NCBI GenBank assembly: GCA_030603745.1
Contig: JAUVXE010000002.1
Span: 958-64,957, forward strand
Source of the DNA: Coriobacteriia bacterium
GTDB taxonomy: Bacteria; Actinomycetota; Coriobacteriia; Anaerosomatales; SLCP01
Length of the DNA stretch: 64,000 nucleotides
Direction: 5' to 3'
Part shown: in pieces, positions 31,782 through 41,560 of the stretch
How positions within the stretch are numbered: the first letter of the stretch is position 1
Layout: each line of letters opens with the position of its first letter
The notes under the pieces: model-generated
What the model saw: the letters and a program-made list of their open reading frames with translations, nothing else
What the model was told of the DNA's origin: nothing
The model's database searches: none
Translations under genes and position numbers: made by a program

Positions 31782-32225
31782 CTAGCCGAGCCTCCCGCCC
31801 ACGAGCCGCGCGACCTCGGCCTTGTCGCAGTTGCCGCCGCACTCGGCGACCACGAGGCCGATCGCCCGGCCCATGTCCCGCTTCTCCGAGATGCCGTGCT
31901 CGGCGACCACGCGTTCGACGATCGCCTCGAGCGCCGGTCCGCTCACCTGCGCGGGCAGGTATCCCTCGAGGATCGCCACCTGCTCGCGCAGGAGCGCTGT
32001 GCGCTGCTCGTCCGTACCTGCCTTCTCCGAGCCCTCGAGCGTCTCCCCGGTCTGCTTGAGCACCTTCTTGAGGGCGCCCACGACCTCCTCGGCCGACACC
32101 TCGGCGCCGGACTCCTTCTCCTTGGTGTCGATCTCGTTCTTGACGAGCCTGAGGATCGAGAGTCGCGTCCTGTCCTTCTCGCGCATCGCCGAGGTGATCT
32201 CGGCGCTCAACCGTGCCTTATCCAT
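31782..32225 (-). CDS. GatB/YqeY domain-containing protein
   Basis: From ATG 32225: MDKARLSAEITSAMREKDRTRLSILRLVKNEIDTKEKE...YLP is typical of the YqeY family. Confidence 0.85.
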   Translation of the reverse strand: MDKARLSAEITSAMREKDRTRLSILRLVKNEIDTKEKESGAEVSAEEVVGALKKVLKQTGETLEGSEKAGTDEQRTALLREQVAILEGYLPAQVSGPALEAIVERVVAEHGISEKRDMGRAIGLVVAECGGNCDKAEVARLVGGRLG

Positions 32226-32319
32226 CGCAGGGCCTCCCCGGCTCACGCGTCGCTTCCGTCATCGACTCCCCATAGTAGCAAGGCGGCGCGAACCGCACGT
32301 CGGGCCCCCGGGCGAGACT

Positions 32320-34797
32320 CTAGCAGCGTTCGCGTGCGCGGCCGCCCGCCAGCCGACGCGCGGCGGCGAGCCAGCGGCCGTTGAGCGCGTCGATGAGCGC
32401 GTCGAGCGCGCGCCACGACAGGCGCCCCTGCGACATCGTCACGACGTTGCGCAGCGGCATCTCCCGCATGACTCGCTCCATCATGAGCCCTGCCGTCTCG
32501 TCGCGCTCGGCGAGACTCCCCTCCGCCTGCCGCGAGGCCGCTCTCAGGAGCCCCCACCGCACCACGCGGCCCAGTACGCTCGCGCCGAGGTCGTCGATCG
32601 CCGTCGTCCGGCTGAACGGGCGGACCGGCCGAGGCGCCCCGACCGGTCGTCCGCAAAGCTCCTCGAACGCAGCCGTGTCCGCGACCCGGGCCGGCAACGG
32701 GCGGGTGGGGCGCACCGGGTCGGACGAGGCGACCCGGACGCGCAGCCGTCCTCGGATGTCGGCCGACGAGGCCCCGGCCAGAACCTCGTACTCCCCGGGT
32801 TCGACACACCACCGGTCGAGATCCGCGTCGAAGTGGGCGAACGCGCGGCGATCGAGGTCGACCACCGCCTCCCCGCGCTCGCCCGGACCCAGACGAAGCT
32901 TCGCGAACCCCCGCAGCTCCATCGCCGGGCGAGCGGCGACCGGCTCGAGCATGCGCGCGTAGAGCTGCACCACCGCCGATCCCGCTCTCGGGCCGGTGTT
33001 CGTGACAGGGACCCTGACCGGGAGACGCTCGCCGTCCCGGTCGGCATCGAACACGGTGGGGGTGTCGCCGGTGGTCCGGGGCTGCCCGAACTCGAACGTG
33101 GTGTAGGAGAGCCCGTGTCCGAACGGGAAGAGCGCTTCGCGCTCCGCCGCGGGGGAGGCGAAGTACCGGTAGCCCACGTTGAGCGCCTCCCGGTACTCGA
33201 CCCGGTCACCCGCCCCGGGGAAGTTCTCGTCGGCCGGGAGGTCCTTGAGTCTGCGCGGGAACGTCTCCGCGAGCCGTCCGCCCGGCTCCGCCACGCCGAG
33301 GAGCACGTCGGCGATCGCGCTTCCCCCCGCCTGACCGCCGAGGTAGGCCTCGATGATCGCCGCTGGCCGGGCGGCCCACTCCATCTCCACCGGGCCACCG
33401 TTCGAGAGCACCACCACGGTGGCGGGATTGGCCCCGCACACCGCCTCGATCAGCCTCGTGTGTCCGTCGGGGAGGCAAAGGTGCGTCCGGTCGAACCCCT
33501 CGGACTCGTAGGGCGCGGGCAGCCCGGCGAACACGAGCGCGACGTCGGCGCCGCGCGCCGCGTGTACCGCCTCTGCCACGAGCGCGTCTGAGGTCCCGCC
33601 GCTGGAGGCATCGTAGCCGGCCGCGTACCGCACCGCACCGAGCGCGCGTCCCTCTCCCGAGTGCGCGCGCAGCGCGTCGAGCGCGGTGTCGAGGCGCACC
33701 GGGGCGACCTGCGAGCTGCCGGTGCCCTGGAAGCGCGGCTCGACGGCGAACGCCCCGATGACCGCGACCGAGACCCCTGGCGCGAGGGGGAGCACGCCGT
33801 CGTTGGCGAGCAGGACCGTGCCCTCGGCGGCCACCCGGCGCGCGAGCGCGTGATGTCCCTCGGCCAGGCGGGCGTCGACCCGCTCCCCGGCACCCGGGTC
33901 CGGCACGGCCGCCGCCGCCCGCATCGCCAGCGCCGCGACGCGAACCGCGCTACGGTCGACCGCCCCGCCGTCCAGCCGGCCGCACCCCACGGCGTCCCCC
34001 ACCGGCCCGTCGTTGGCTCCCGCGCTCGAGGGCATCTCGAGGTCCATCCCCGCGTCGAGAGCCGCGACCCTGTCGTTGGTGGCCCCCCAGTCGCTCATGA
34101 CGAGTCCGTCGAAACCCCACTCCTCCCTGAGGATCCGGGTGAGCAGCCGGCGGCTGTCCGAACAGTACTCGCCGTCGACCCGGTTGTACGCGCACATGAC
34201 CGCCCACGGCCGGGCCTCGGTGACCGCGATCTCGAACCCGCGCAGGTAGAGCTCGCGCAGCGTGCGCTCGTCGACCACCGCGTCAAGCGTCATGCGGCGC
34301 GTCTCCTGGTTGTTGACCGCGAAGTGCTTGACGCACGCGCCCACGCCCGCGGACTGGATGCCCCGGACGACGCCCGCGGCCATCCGACCCGAGAGCAGCG
34401 GGTCCTCGGAGAAGTACTCGAAGGTGCGGCCGCAGCAGGGGTGCCGCTTCAGGTTGAGTCCCGGGCCGAGGACCACGCCCACGCCGAGGGCACGCGCCTC
34501 GGCGCCCACCGCGCGGCCGACCTCCTCGGCCAACTCCGGGTCCCAGGTGCTCGCGAGGGTGACGGCTGGCGGGAAACACGTGGCCGGCACGCTCTCGAAC
34601 AGGCCGAGCGCCTCGGCGGGGCCGGCCTGCTTGCGGATCCCGTGCGGTCCGTCCGCGACCATGAGTCCCGGGATGCCCGCGTCCGGGAACGCGCGAAGGC
34701 GCCACATGTCACGGCCGGAGAGCAGTTCGACCCGGCGCGAGAACGGGAGTCGCGCGACGGCGGCGTCGGCGCGGTCCTGCAGCTCGGCCGCCTCCAT
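32320..34797 (-). CDS. glycoside hydrolase family 3 beta-glucosidase
   Basis: From ATG 34797: ...GIPGLMVADGPHGIRKQ...NLKRHPCCGRTFEYFSEDP...GLVMSDWGA (catalytic Asp context), followed by the GH3 C-terminal and Fn3-like domains. The upstream 84-codon extension was rejected. Confidence 0.9.
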   Translation of the reverse strand: MEAAELQDRADAAVARLPFSRRVELLSGRDMWRLRAFPDAGIPGLMVADGPHGIRKQAGPAEALGLFESVPATCFPPAVTLASTWDPELAEEVGRAVGAEARALGVGVVLGPGLNLKRHPCCGRTFEYFSEDPLLSGRMAAGVVRGIQSAGVGACVKHFAVNNQETRRMTLDAVVDERTLRELYLRGFEIAVTEARPWAVMCAYNRVDGEYCSDSRRLLTRILREEWGFDGLVMSDWGATNDRVAALDAGMDLEMPSSAGANDGPVGDAVGCGRLDGGAVDRSAVRVAALAMRAAAAVPDPGAGERVDARLAEGHHALARRVAAEGTVLLANDGVLPLAPGVSVAVIGAFAVEPRFQGTGSSQVAPVRLDTALDALRAHSGEGRALGAVRYAAGYDASSGGTSDALVAEAVHAARGADVALVFAGLPAPYESEGFDRTHLCLPDGHTRLIEAVCGANPATVVVLSNGGPVEMEWAARPAAIIEAYLGGQAGGSAIADVLLGVAEPGGRLAETFPRRLKDLPADENFPGAGDRVEYREALNVGYRYFASPAAEREALFPFGHGLSYTTFEFGQPRTTGDTPTVFDADRDGERLPVRVPVTNTGPRAGSAVVQLYARMLEPVAARPAMELRGFAKLRLGPGERGEAVVDLDRRAFAHFDADLDRWCVEPGEYEVLAGASSADIRGRLRVRVASSDPVRPTRPLPARVADTAAFEELCGRPVGAPRPVRPFSRTTAIDDLGASVLGRVVRWGLLRAASRQAEGSLAERDETAGLMMERVMREMPLRNVVTMSQGRLSWRALDALIDALNGRWLAAARRLAGGRARERC

Positions 34798-34832
34798 GCG
34801 CGCCCTTCCCTTCCCGTCCGGTCCCCGGGAGA

Positions 34833-35288
34833 TTATCCCCCTTCGGCGCGCCCGCTCCACGGAGGCGCGAGAGCCGCGAGCGCGACGGCCTGCAGGACGA
34901 GCGAGACCCACACGACGAGGATCGCCGCATAGAGCGCGCGCACCTCCCCCGCGTCGCCGAGGAGCGCGAGCGCGGACCCGAGGCCGGCGAGCGCCGCGGC
35001 CCACGCGCCGAGCGCGCCGAGCGCCGCGCGTCCCGACCGGGACGCCCACAGGGCGAGCGCCACGGCGAGCACGCAGACGAGGGCGAGGACGGCTCCCTGG
35101 GCGACGACCGCGCCCGGCGCGAACCAGGTCTCCTCGGCGGCGTGGTTCCGCGCCACGAGGTAGCGCATCACGCCCATCCGCTGACGCGAGAGCTCGTGAA
35201 GCCGCCAGGCGCCTCCCAGGAGCGCGAGCTGCGCGAGGATGACGAGCGCGATCACGATGTGGCGGATGGTGCTCCCGCGTGCTCTCAT
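34833..35288 (-). CDS. hypothetical membrane protein (4 TM)
   Basis: 151 aa from ATG 35288 with hydrophobic helices and high GC3. No family recognised. Confidence 0.5.
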   Translation of the reverse strand: MRARGSTIRHIVIALVILAQLALLGGAWRLHELSRQRMGVMRYLVARNHAAEETWFAPGAVVAQGAVLALVCVLAVALALWASRSGRAALGALGAWAAALAGLGSALALLGDAGEVRALYAAILVVWVSLVLQAVALAALAPPWSGRAEGG

Positions 35289-35364
35289 CGAACCTCCTTC
35301 AAGACAGAAGAGCGCGGGCACCAGGACGGGTCCCGGTGCCCGCGCCGTCACTGCCTGCGTGACG

Positions 35365-36702
35365 CTACGGCCGGGCGGGCTCCCCGGTCTCGGCCGGGTT
35401 GGCCTCGGGGTCGAGCAGCCACTCGTACCAGCCGCCGTCGTAGAGCGAGATCCGCTCGAGACCCGCGACATCAGCGTAGACGAGCGTCTCGGCCGCGCGC
35501 CACCCCGTACCGCAGAAGAACGAGAGGTCCTGCTCCGGGGTGATGCCCCACTCCGCCCACACGTCGAGCACTTCGGCGAAGTTGCGCATCGTGCCGTCGG
35601 GGTTGCGGTAGACCGGCATGTCCCCGCCCCAGCGCGCGCCCGCGGGCCGGCCGGCGACGTCGATGTCGGAGTAGCCCGGCGTCTCGCCGATGTGCTCCTC
35701 CCAGCTCCGGATGTCAACGAGCGAGCTGCCGGCTGGATCGGCGAGGACCGCCTTCGCGCCCTCGATGTCCACGATGTAGTCGGGTCGCGCGGGCACCGTC
35801 GCGCCGAACGACTCGACCGGCTCCTTGGCCACCGAACCCGATTCAGTCTCGTAGCCCGCGCGCTCCCACGCGGCGAAACCGCCGTTGAGCACCCGGACGT
35901 CCTCGACGCCCATGTAGGTCAGGATGGCCTGCACGCGGTAGGCCGGCATCGAGTCCGCGCCGTAGAGGATGACCGGCGTATCCACCGTGATGCCGTTGGC
36001 GAGCGCGAACCGCTCGAGCTCGGCGTCGGTGACCCGGTTCCACATCGGCCCGACCTCGACCTCGTCGGTGTCGATGTGCACGGCGCCGGGGATGTGCGCC
36101 GCGAGGTACTCCTCGGACTCCTCGCCCCAGCTGACCTCGAAGACCTTCACGTCGCCGTCGCCCTCGATGGCGTCTTTGACCCAGGCCGCCGGGACGATCA
36201 GCTCGTAGTTCGGGTAGGAGACCATCGGCAGCGCCGCGTCATCGGCCCACTCGCTCACGTCGTAGAGCGAGATGTCGCCGATCCCCGCCGAGGAGAGATA
36301 GTCCGCGACCGCGGGAGCGTCCTGCCCGTTCGCATCGTAGACGATGACCGCGTCGGCGTCGGCGATGCCCTTGACCTCGAGCGCGGCCGTCAGCTGGTCG
36401 GCGATATCGTCACCCTCCACCTCGAGCCACGCCGAGGAGAAGTCGACCGCGCCTTCGATGTGTCCGCCGCGCGCGACGCCGTCGAGCGCCCAGCCGTTGA
36501 AGGCGTTGGTGTCGCGGGCATCGATGACGACCGCGCCGCCCGACTCGAGGGCGGCCTGGACGTCGGCGGTGGTCGCCGTGGCGTAGCTGCCGGCCGGCTC
36601 CTCCGGCGCCGAGGCGGGCTCATCGGCGGAACACCCCCCGAACAGCACCAGGGAGAGCCCCAGCGCGACGACGAGCAACACGTGCCTGAACGTGGTACCC
36701 AT
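35365..36702 (-). CDS. exported multi-rhodanese sulfurtransferase lipoprotein
   Basis: Lipobox LFGGC. There are three rhodanese-like modules. The last carries the active-site loop FFCGTGWRAAE. A GGAAGGAG RBS precedes the start. Confidence 0.8.
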   Translation of the reverse strand: MGTTFRHVLLVVALGLSLVLFGGCSADEPASAPEEPAGSYATATTADVQAALESGGAVVIDARDTNAFNGWALDGVARGGHIEGAVDFSSAWLEVEGDDIADQLTAALEVKGIADADAVIVYDANGQDAPAVADYLSSAGIGDISLYDVSEWADDAALPMVSYPNYELIVPAAWVKDAIEGDGDVKVFEVSWGEESEEYLAAHIPGAVHIDTDEVEVGPMWNRVTDAELERFALANGITVDTPVILYGADSMPAYRVQAILTYMGVEDVRVLNGGFAAWERAGYETESGSVAKEPVESFGATVPARPDYIVDIEGAKAVLADPAGSSLVDIRSWEEHIGETPGYSDIDVAGRPAGARWGGDMPVYRNPDGTMRNFAEVLDVWAEWGITPEQDLSFFCGTGWRAAETLVYADVAGLERISLYDGGWYEWLLDPEANPAETGEPARP

Positions 36703-36798
36703 ACTGCTCCTTCCATACGTGAGGACGGAGCATAGGATACAGCATTCTGATGCTATATATCAGCCCTGATTACCGCCTGTGGAGCGGAGCGGCCCGTG

Positions 36799-37308
36799 CT
36801 ACGAACCGCTCGCGAGGTCGTCGAGGCGGTCACGGAGCTCGTCATCATCGAGGGGCCCGATGTTCTGGTCCACGACCTCGCCGTCGGCATCCACGAAGAA
36901 CATCGTCGGCACCGAGCGGAACGAGAACAGGTCGAAGAGCTCCCGCGTACGAGGATCGACGGTATGCGCGCTCACGTAGACGATCTCGCCCTCGTAGTCC
37001 GGCAGGATCCTCGTCGCGCGCTCCTCGGCCTCGACACAGGGCGGGCAGCCGCCCGAGTGGAAGAGGATGTAGATGGGCGTCCGGTCCGCGCGCGCCTCCT
37101 CGTAGACCTCGAAGGGGTCCGGGCCGGCGGCGGCCTCGGGATCGGTGAGCACGCCTGCCTCGAGCGGCTGTGCGTCGTCGCCCCATTCGCCACCGACTCC
37201 GAGCCCGATCAACACGCCGATCACCAGCGTGACGACGACCGCCACGATGAGCGTGGTGCGGCGGGACGGGTCGTTGGGAAGCGGCGGCTCGTTGCTCTGT
37301 GCGCTCAT
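36799..37308 (-). CDS. membrane-anchored thioredoxin-like protein with a CPPC active site
   Basis: From ATG 37308 (GAGGAG RBS): one TM helix, then a thioredoxin fold with FHSGGCPPCVEAE and the cis-Pro context SVPT. Confidence 0.75.
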   Translation of the reverse strand: MSAQSNEPPLPNDPSRRTTLIVAVVVTLVIGVLIGLGVGGEWGDDAQPLEAGVLTDPEAAAGPDPFEVYEEARADRTPIYILFHSGGCPPCVEAEERATRILPDYEGEIVYVSAHTVDPRTRELFDLFSFRSVPTMFFVDADGEVVDQNIGPLDDDELRDRLDDLASGS

Positions 37309-37419
37309 CGGCTCACTCCTCGTCTCGGCGGCGGAACTGAAGACCGGAGGGCACATGCGCGTCCCGGCCCCATAGGAGGGTTATCCCCATCCCGCCGGGA
37401 GCCGCATACACTCGGCCGG

Positions 37420-38784
37420 TCAGCCCTCGACCGGCTCCCGGCCCTCCATCGCCACGTACTCGCGTCGGGGAGCGACCGCCTTGTACGCCGGGCGGATGAT
37501 CTTGCCCCCGGTCGCGAGCTCCTCGATGCGGTGCGCGGCCCAGCCGACGACGCGCGAGATCGCGAAGAGCGGCGTGAAGAGCTCCTCCGGGATGCCGAGC
37601 ATCCGGTAGACGAAGCCCGAGTAGAAGTCGACGTTGACGCTGACGCCCTTGTGCATGGTGCGGACCCGCGCGATGGTCTCCGGGGCGATGCGCTCGACGC
37701 GCTCGTAGAGCTCGAACTCCTCGGTCAGGCCCTTCTCGCGGGCGAGCATCTCGGCGTAGTGCTTGAGGATGAGCGCGCGCGGGTCGGAGATCGAGTAGAC
37801 GGGGTGGCCCATGCCGTAGATGAGCCCCGCCTTGTCGAAGCGCTCCTTGTTGAGCACGCCGGTCAGGTACGCGTCGATGGCGTCCTCGTCGTGCCAGTCG
37901 CCGATGCGGCCCTTGAGGTCCTCGAGCATCTGGATCGCCTTGATGTTGGCTCCGCCATGGCGCGGGCCCTTGAGCGAGCCGAGGGCGGCCGAGATGACCG
38001 AGTAGGTGTCGGTCCCGGTCGAGGTGACCACGTGGGTGGTGAACGTGGAGTTGTTGCCGCCGCCGTGCTCGGCGTGGACCACGAGCGACAGGTCGAGCAG
38101 CATCGCCTCGAGCTCGGTGAACGAGCTGTCCGGGCGGAGCATGTGCAGGAAGTTCTCCGCGGTGGAGAGTTCGGGCTTGGGCCGGTGGATGACGAGGCTC
38201 TGCCCGTGGACGTCGTCGAGGTACGCCTGGTAGGCGTAGACCGAGAGCATCGGGAGCTTCGCGATCAGGTGCAGGCTCTGGCGCAGCACGTTGGAGATGC
38301 TCGTGTCCTCGGCCTTCTTGTCGAGCGTGTAGAGGGAGAGCACGCTGCGCGCGAGAGCGTTCATGACGTCGTTGCTCGGCATGTCGAGGATGGCGTGGTG
38401 CACGAAGGAGCGCGGGAGCTTGCGGTAGGAGCCGAGGGTACCCTCGAACTCGGCGAGCTCCGCGCTGTCAGGCAGCTGGCCGAAGAGGAGCAGGTACGCG
38501 ATCTCCTCGAAGCCCTGGCGACCGGCCGCCGTGAAGCCCTCGACGATGTCGGTGATCTCGATGCCCCGGTAGAGGAGCTCGCCCGGCGCCGGGTGGCTTG
38601 TCCCGGTGTCGGTCGAGTAGCCGATGACGTCCCCGACCTGCGTGAGGCCGGCGACCACGCCGCGGCCCGACTCGTCACGCAGGCCACGCTTCACGTCGTA
38701 CTTGGCGAACAGTGCCGGGTCGAACCCGCTGCTCGCTGCTGCTATCCGGCTCCATCGCTCAAGGTTCGCATCGGTCCTCGGCAT
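37420..38784 (-). CDS. citrate synthase
   Basis: GPRHGGAN, GMGHPVY and SRVVGW are citrate synthase catalytic His/Asp contexts. The start is uncertain (ATG 38784, 38796 or 38802). The longer track ORF was rejected. Confidence 0.88.
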   Translation of the reverse strand: MPRTDANLERWSRIAAASSGFDPALFAKYDVKRGLRDESGRGVVAGLTQVGDVIGYSTDTGTSHPAPGELLYRGIEITDIVEGFTAAGRQGFEEIAYLLLFGQLPDSAELAEFEGTLGSYRKLPRSFVHHAILDMPSNDVMNALARSVLSLYTLDKKAEDTSISNVLRQSLHLIAKLPMLSVYAYQAYLDDVHGQSLVIHRPKPELSTAENFLHMLRPDSSFTELEAMLLDLSLVVHAEHGGGNNSTFTTHVVTSTGTDTYSVISAALGSLKGPRHGGANIKAIQMLEDLKGRIGDWHDEDAIDAYLTGVLNKERFDKAGLIYGMGHPVYSISDPRALILKHYAEMLAREKGLTEEFELYERVERIAPETIARVRTMHKGVSVNVDFYSGFVYRMLGIPEELFTPLFAISRVVGWAAHRIEELATGGKIIRPAYKAVAPRREYVAMEGREPVEG

Positions 38785-39066
38785 ATCCGCTCCCATCGAC
38801 ATCCTGTGCGCTCTGTACCCGCCACTGCCGCTCCGGAACCACGCTGGGTTCGACGGAGCCGGCCGGCGTCCGGTTCTGTCCGGGTACCCGCGTCCGCATG
38901 CCGAGCCGCTGGCCGACACGCTCCCGCAGGTGAGAGAGAGGCCGTCGCTCCCCGACACGCCATCCCCGAGGGAACGCAGCCTCCACAGCGCACAGTATAT
39001 CGGAAGTGACTGACACGAGCGTGCGATACCGCTGCGGGTATATATACGTGTCAGGAGGTGAGCACG

Positions 39067-39648
39067 ATGAAACGCACGATGCTCATCGGCGGGCTGGCGT
39101 TCGGCGTCTCAGCGGCGATCGCGGGCTACGTGTGGGTCGCCTTCGAGTTCCCGTTCGCCATCCTTCTTCCCGCGTTCGTCGGCTGGTACTCGGTCGTCCG
39201 CGGCTCGTTCGGCATGCGCAAGGCCGTCGCCGCGGCGTCCGTGGGCGGCGTGACGTTCACGGGACTGTTCCTCGTCGCGATGTTCCTCGCCCTGACCGAC
39301 GGCTCTCCGCTTGCGCTGGCCGCGTGGATGGCCGCCGTGCTGGCGGCCGGGGCCGCGGGCGCGCTCGCTGGCGCGGTGCTCGACCGCGCGCACGGGGCGC
39401 GCGTCATGTCGGTCGCGTCCGCGGCCGGCATGCTCGTGGCCACCGTCGCCGCCGGAGCGCTGCGCCTCATGGCGCCGGCGGCGGTCGACACCGCCGGAGC
39501 GGCCCAGAACGTCTACGTCCTGGCACTCCTCGGGCTGGTCGGCACGATCGTGGGCGCCGCCATCGGGGCGGGCGTCAAGCGACTTCACTGTGACGGTCTC
39601 GGCGCATCGGCCCCGGAGTGCGGTCCGGGCATCCCGGTACACGGATGA
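39067..39648 (+). CDS. hypothetical membrane protein (Ala/Gly-rich, about 6 TM) with a C-terminal Cys pair
   Basis: ATG 39067 lies 8 nt after AGGAGG. The sequence is hydrophobic throughout and ends ...KRLHCDGLGASAPECGPGIPVHG. Confidence 0.55.
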   Translation: MKRTMLIGGLAFGVSAAIAGYVWVAFEFPFAILLPAFVGWYSVVRGSFGMRKAVAAASVGGVTFTGLFLVAMFLALTDGSPLALAAWMAAVLAAGAAGALAGAVLDRAHGARVMSVASAAGMLVATVAAGALRLMAPAAVDTAGAAQNVYVLALLGLVGTIVGAAIGAGVKRLHCDGLGASAPECGPGIPVHG

Positions 39649-39661
39649 CCGGCCGCCCCGG

Positions 39662-40609
39662 TCAGGCGAACAGAAGCGTGAGATAGAGCCCGTAGCCGGC
39701 GAGAAGCCCGACGCCGGCTACGCGGCCGATCCGTCCGCGGTAGAGCGCGAGCGGGACCAGCACGATGGACACCGCGAGCATCACCCAGACGTCCGTTCCG
39801 GCTATCCGCTCCGACACTCCGACCGGCCGCACCAGCGCGGTCAGGCCGAGGATGCCGAGGACGTTGAAGATGTTGCTGCCCACCACGTTGCCGACGGCGA
39901 CGTCGGGATGCCGCCTGACCGCCGCGATCACGCTCGTGGCGAGCTCCGGCAGCGAGGTGCCCACCGCCACGAGGCTCAGGCCGATCACCGCCTCCGAGAC
40001 GCCGAACGTGCGCGCGATATCGCTCGCGCCGACGACGAGGAAGCGCGAGCCGACCACCAGGGCGGCGAGCCCCGCGGCCAGCAGCAGCACCGCCCTCCCC
40101 GCGGATCCGGCGGCGGAGGGCTCGGCGGCCTCGCGCTCGTGCAGCACCGCCGAGGGCGACGAGGGGTCGCGGGCCTCGGAGCGGTAGGAGAGCGCCACGT
40201 ACGCCGCCGTCGCGACGACGAACAGCGCGCCTGCGACCCGGCCGATCTCGCCGGCGAGCGCGAAGGGCACGAGCAACGCAGCCGAAGCGACCATGACCGC
40301 GAGGTCGCGCCGGAGCTCGGCGGGCGACAGGACGATGGGCGCGACGATGGCCGAGACGCCCAACACTCCGAGCACGTTGAAGATGTTGCTGCCCACCACG
40401 TTGCCGATCGCGATGTCGGGCCTGCCGTTGAGCGCCGCGCCGACGCTGACCACGAGCTCCGGCGCCGAGGTACACCAGGCCACGATCGTCATCCCCACGA
40501 GCAGCGGCGAGAGTCCGAGGCGGCGGGACAGGCCGACCGCGCCCCTGACGAGGAACTCACCGCCGCCGAAGAGCAGCGCCAACCCACCGAGTGCCACGAG
40601 GTACATCAT
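39662..40609 (-). CDS. calcium/sodium antiporter (CaCA family), second paralog
   Basis: Alpha-repeats GNVVGSNIFNVLGVLG and GNVVGSNIFNVLGILG. The N-terminus MMYLVALGGLALLFGGGEFLVRGAV is nearly identical to that of 14197..15165. Confidence 0.9.
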   Translation of the reverse strand: MMYLVALGGLALLFGGGEFLVRGAVGLSRRLGLSPLLVGMTIVAWCTSAPELVVSVGAALNGRPDIAIGNVVGSNIFNVLGVLGVSAIVAPIVLSPAELRRDLAVMVASAALLVPFALAGEIGRVAGALFVVATAAYVALSYRSEARDPSSPSAVLHEREAAEPSAAGSAGRAVLLLAAGLAALVVGSRFLVVGASDIARTFGVSEAVIGLSLVAVGTSLPELATSVIAAVRRHPDVAVGNVVGSNIFNVLGILGLTALVRPVGVSERIAGTDVWVMLAVSIVLVPLALYRGRIGRVAGVGLLAGYGLYLTLLFA

Positions 40610-40708
40610 CCGTGCGCTCCCGAGACGGACGCCGGTGTCCCGTCAGGTGACAGGTCTCGCCGGTCGGCCGCGTTGTATATCGCAGCCGATTACGGGAATA
40701 TCGCACAC

Positions 40709-41116
40709 ATGAGACTCCTGCTGCGCTGGATCATCACCGCGATCGCCCTCGTCGCCGCGGTCTTCATCGTTCCCGGCATCACCGTGGAGGGCAACGCCTA
40801 CGTCGCCATCGGGCTCACCGCGATCATCCTCGGGCTGGTCAACGCCTTCGTCCGGCCTGTCCTGCAGGTCGCGGCGTGCGGGCTCATCGTGCTCACCCTC
40901 GGGCTCGTCCTACCGTTCATCAACGGTGTGACGCTCTGGCTCGCGTCCTACATCGCGAGCGAGTGGTTCGGTCTCGGATTCATCGTCGACGGCTTCTGGC
41001 CGGCGTTTTGGGGCGCGCTCATCGTGAGCATCGTGTCCTTCTTCCTCTCGGTGCTCGCGCCCGACGAGGACCGTTCAGGCCGAGGCGGCATCGAGATCCG
41101 GAGGATCGACGCATGA
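40709..41116 (+). CDS. phage_holin_4_2 / YvlD-type small membrane protein
   Basis: MRLLLRWIITAIALVAAVFIVPGITVEGNAYVAIGLTAIILGLVNAFVRPVL is the characteristic N-terminus of this 4-TM family. Confidence 0.75.
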   Translation: MRLLLRWIITAIALVAAVFIVPGITVEGNAYVAIGLTAIILGLVNAFVRPVLQVAACGLIVLTLGLVLPFINGVTLWLASYIASEWFGLGFIVDGFWPAFWGALIVSIVSFFLSVLAPDEDRSGRGGIEIRRIDA

Positions 41117-41550
41117 AGCAGGATCACCACACCATCGAGAAGTGGCTGAACCGGTTCGTCCTCGGCCTCGAGATCGCCGTGTCGGCGGCCCTCGTGGTGA
41201 TCGCCGCGCTCCTCGTGGTCAGCCTGGCGATCCAGCTCACGGGCGTGGTCGTCGAGGGCGTCCAGTTCGGGCGTGCGGAGTTCACCCGGGTGATCTCGAC
41301 GGCGCTCGAGGTCTTCATCGTCATCGAGCTCTTCCGCATCGCGCTCGCCTACATGAACCACAGCAACGTGATCCCGACCGTGCTCGAGGCCGCGCTCGTG
41401 GCGGTCGCGCGGAAGTTCGTGGTCTTCGAGCCCTACGACGAGTACCTGCAGACCGCCCTCGGCCTCTCGGCGCTCCTGCTCGCGATCGGTGTCACCTGGT
41501 GGCTGCTCAAGAAGTCCGAGGCGGTCGAGATGGAGAGCGACCGGAAGTAG
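41113..41550 (+). CDS. PsiE-like (phosphate-starvation-inducible E family) membrane protein
   Basis: The ATG overlaps the upstream stop (ATGA). EVFIVIELFRIALAYM...VARKFVVF matches the PsiE-type pattern. The assignment is from memory. Confidence 0.6.
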   Translation: MKQDHHTIEKWLNRFVLGLEIAVSAALVVIAALLVVSLAIQLTGVVVEGVQFGRAEFTRVISTALEVFIVIELFRIALAYMNHSNVIPTVLEAALVAVARKFVVFEPYDEYLQTALGLSALLLAIGVTWWLLKKSEAVEMESDRK

Positions 41551-41560
41551 TCGCGAGCGC

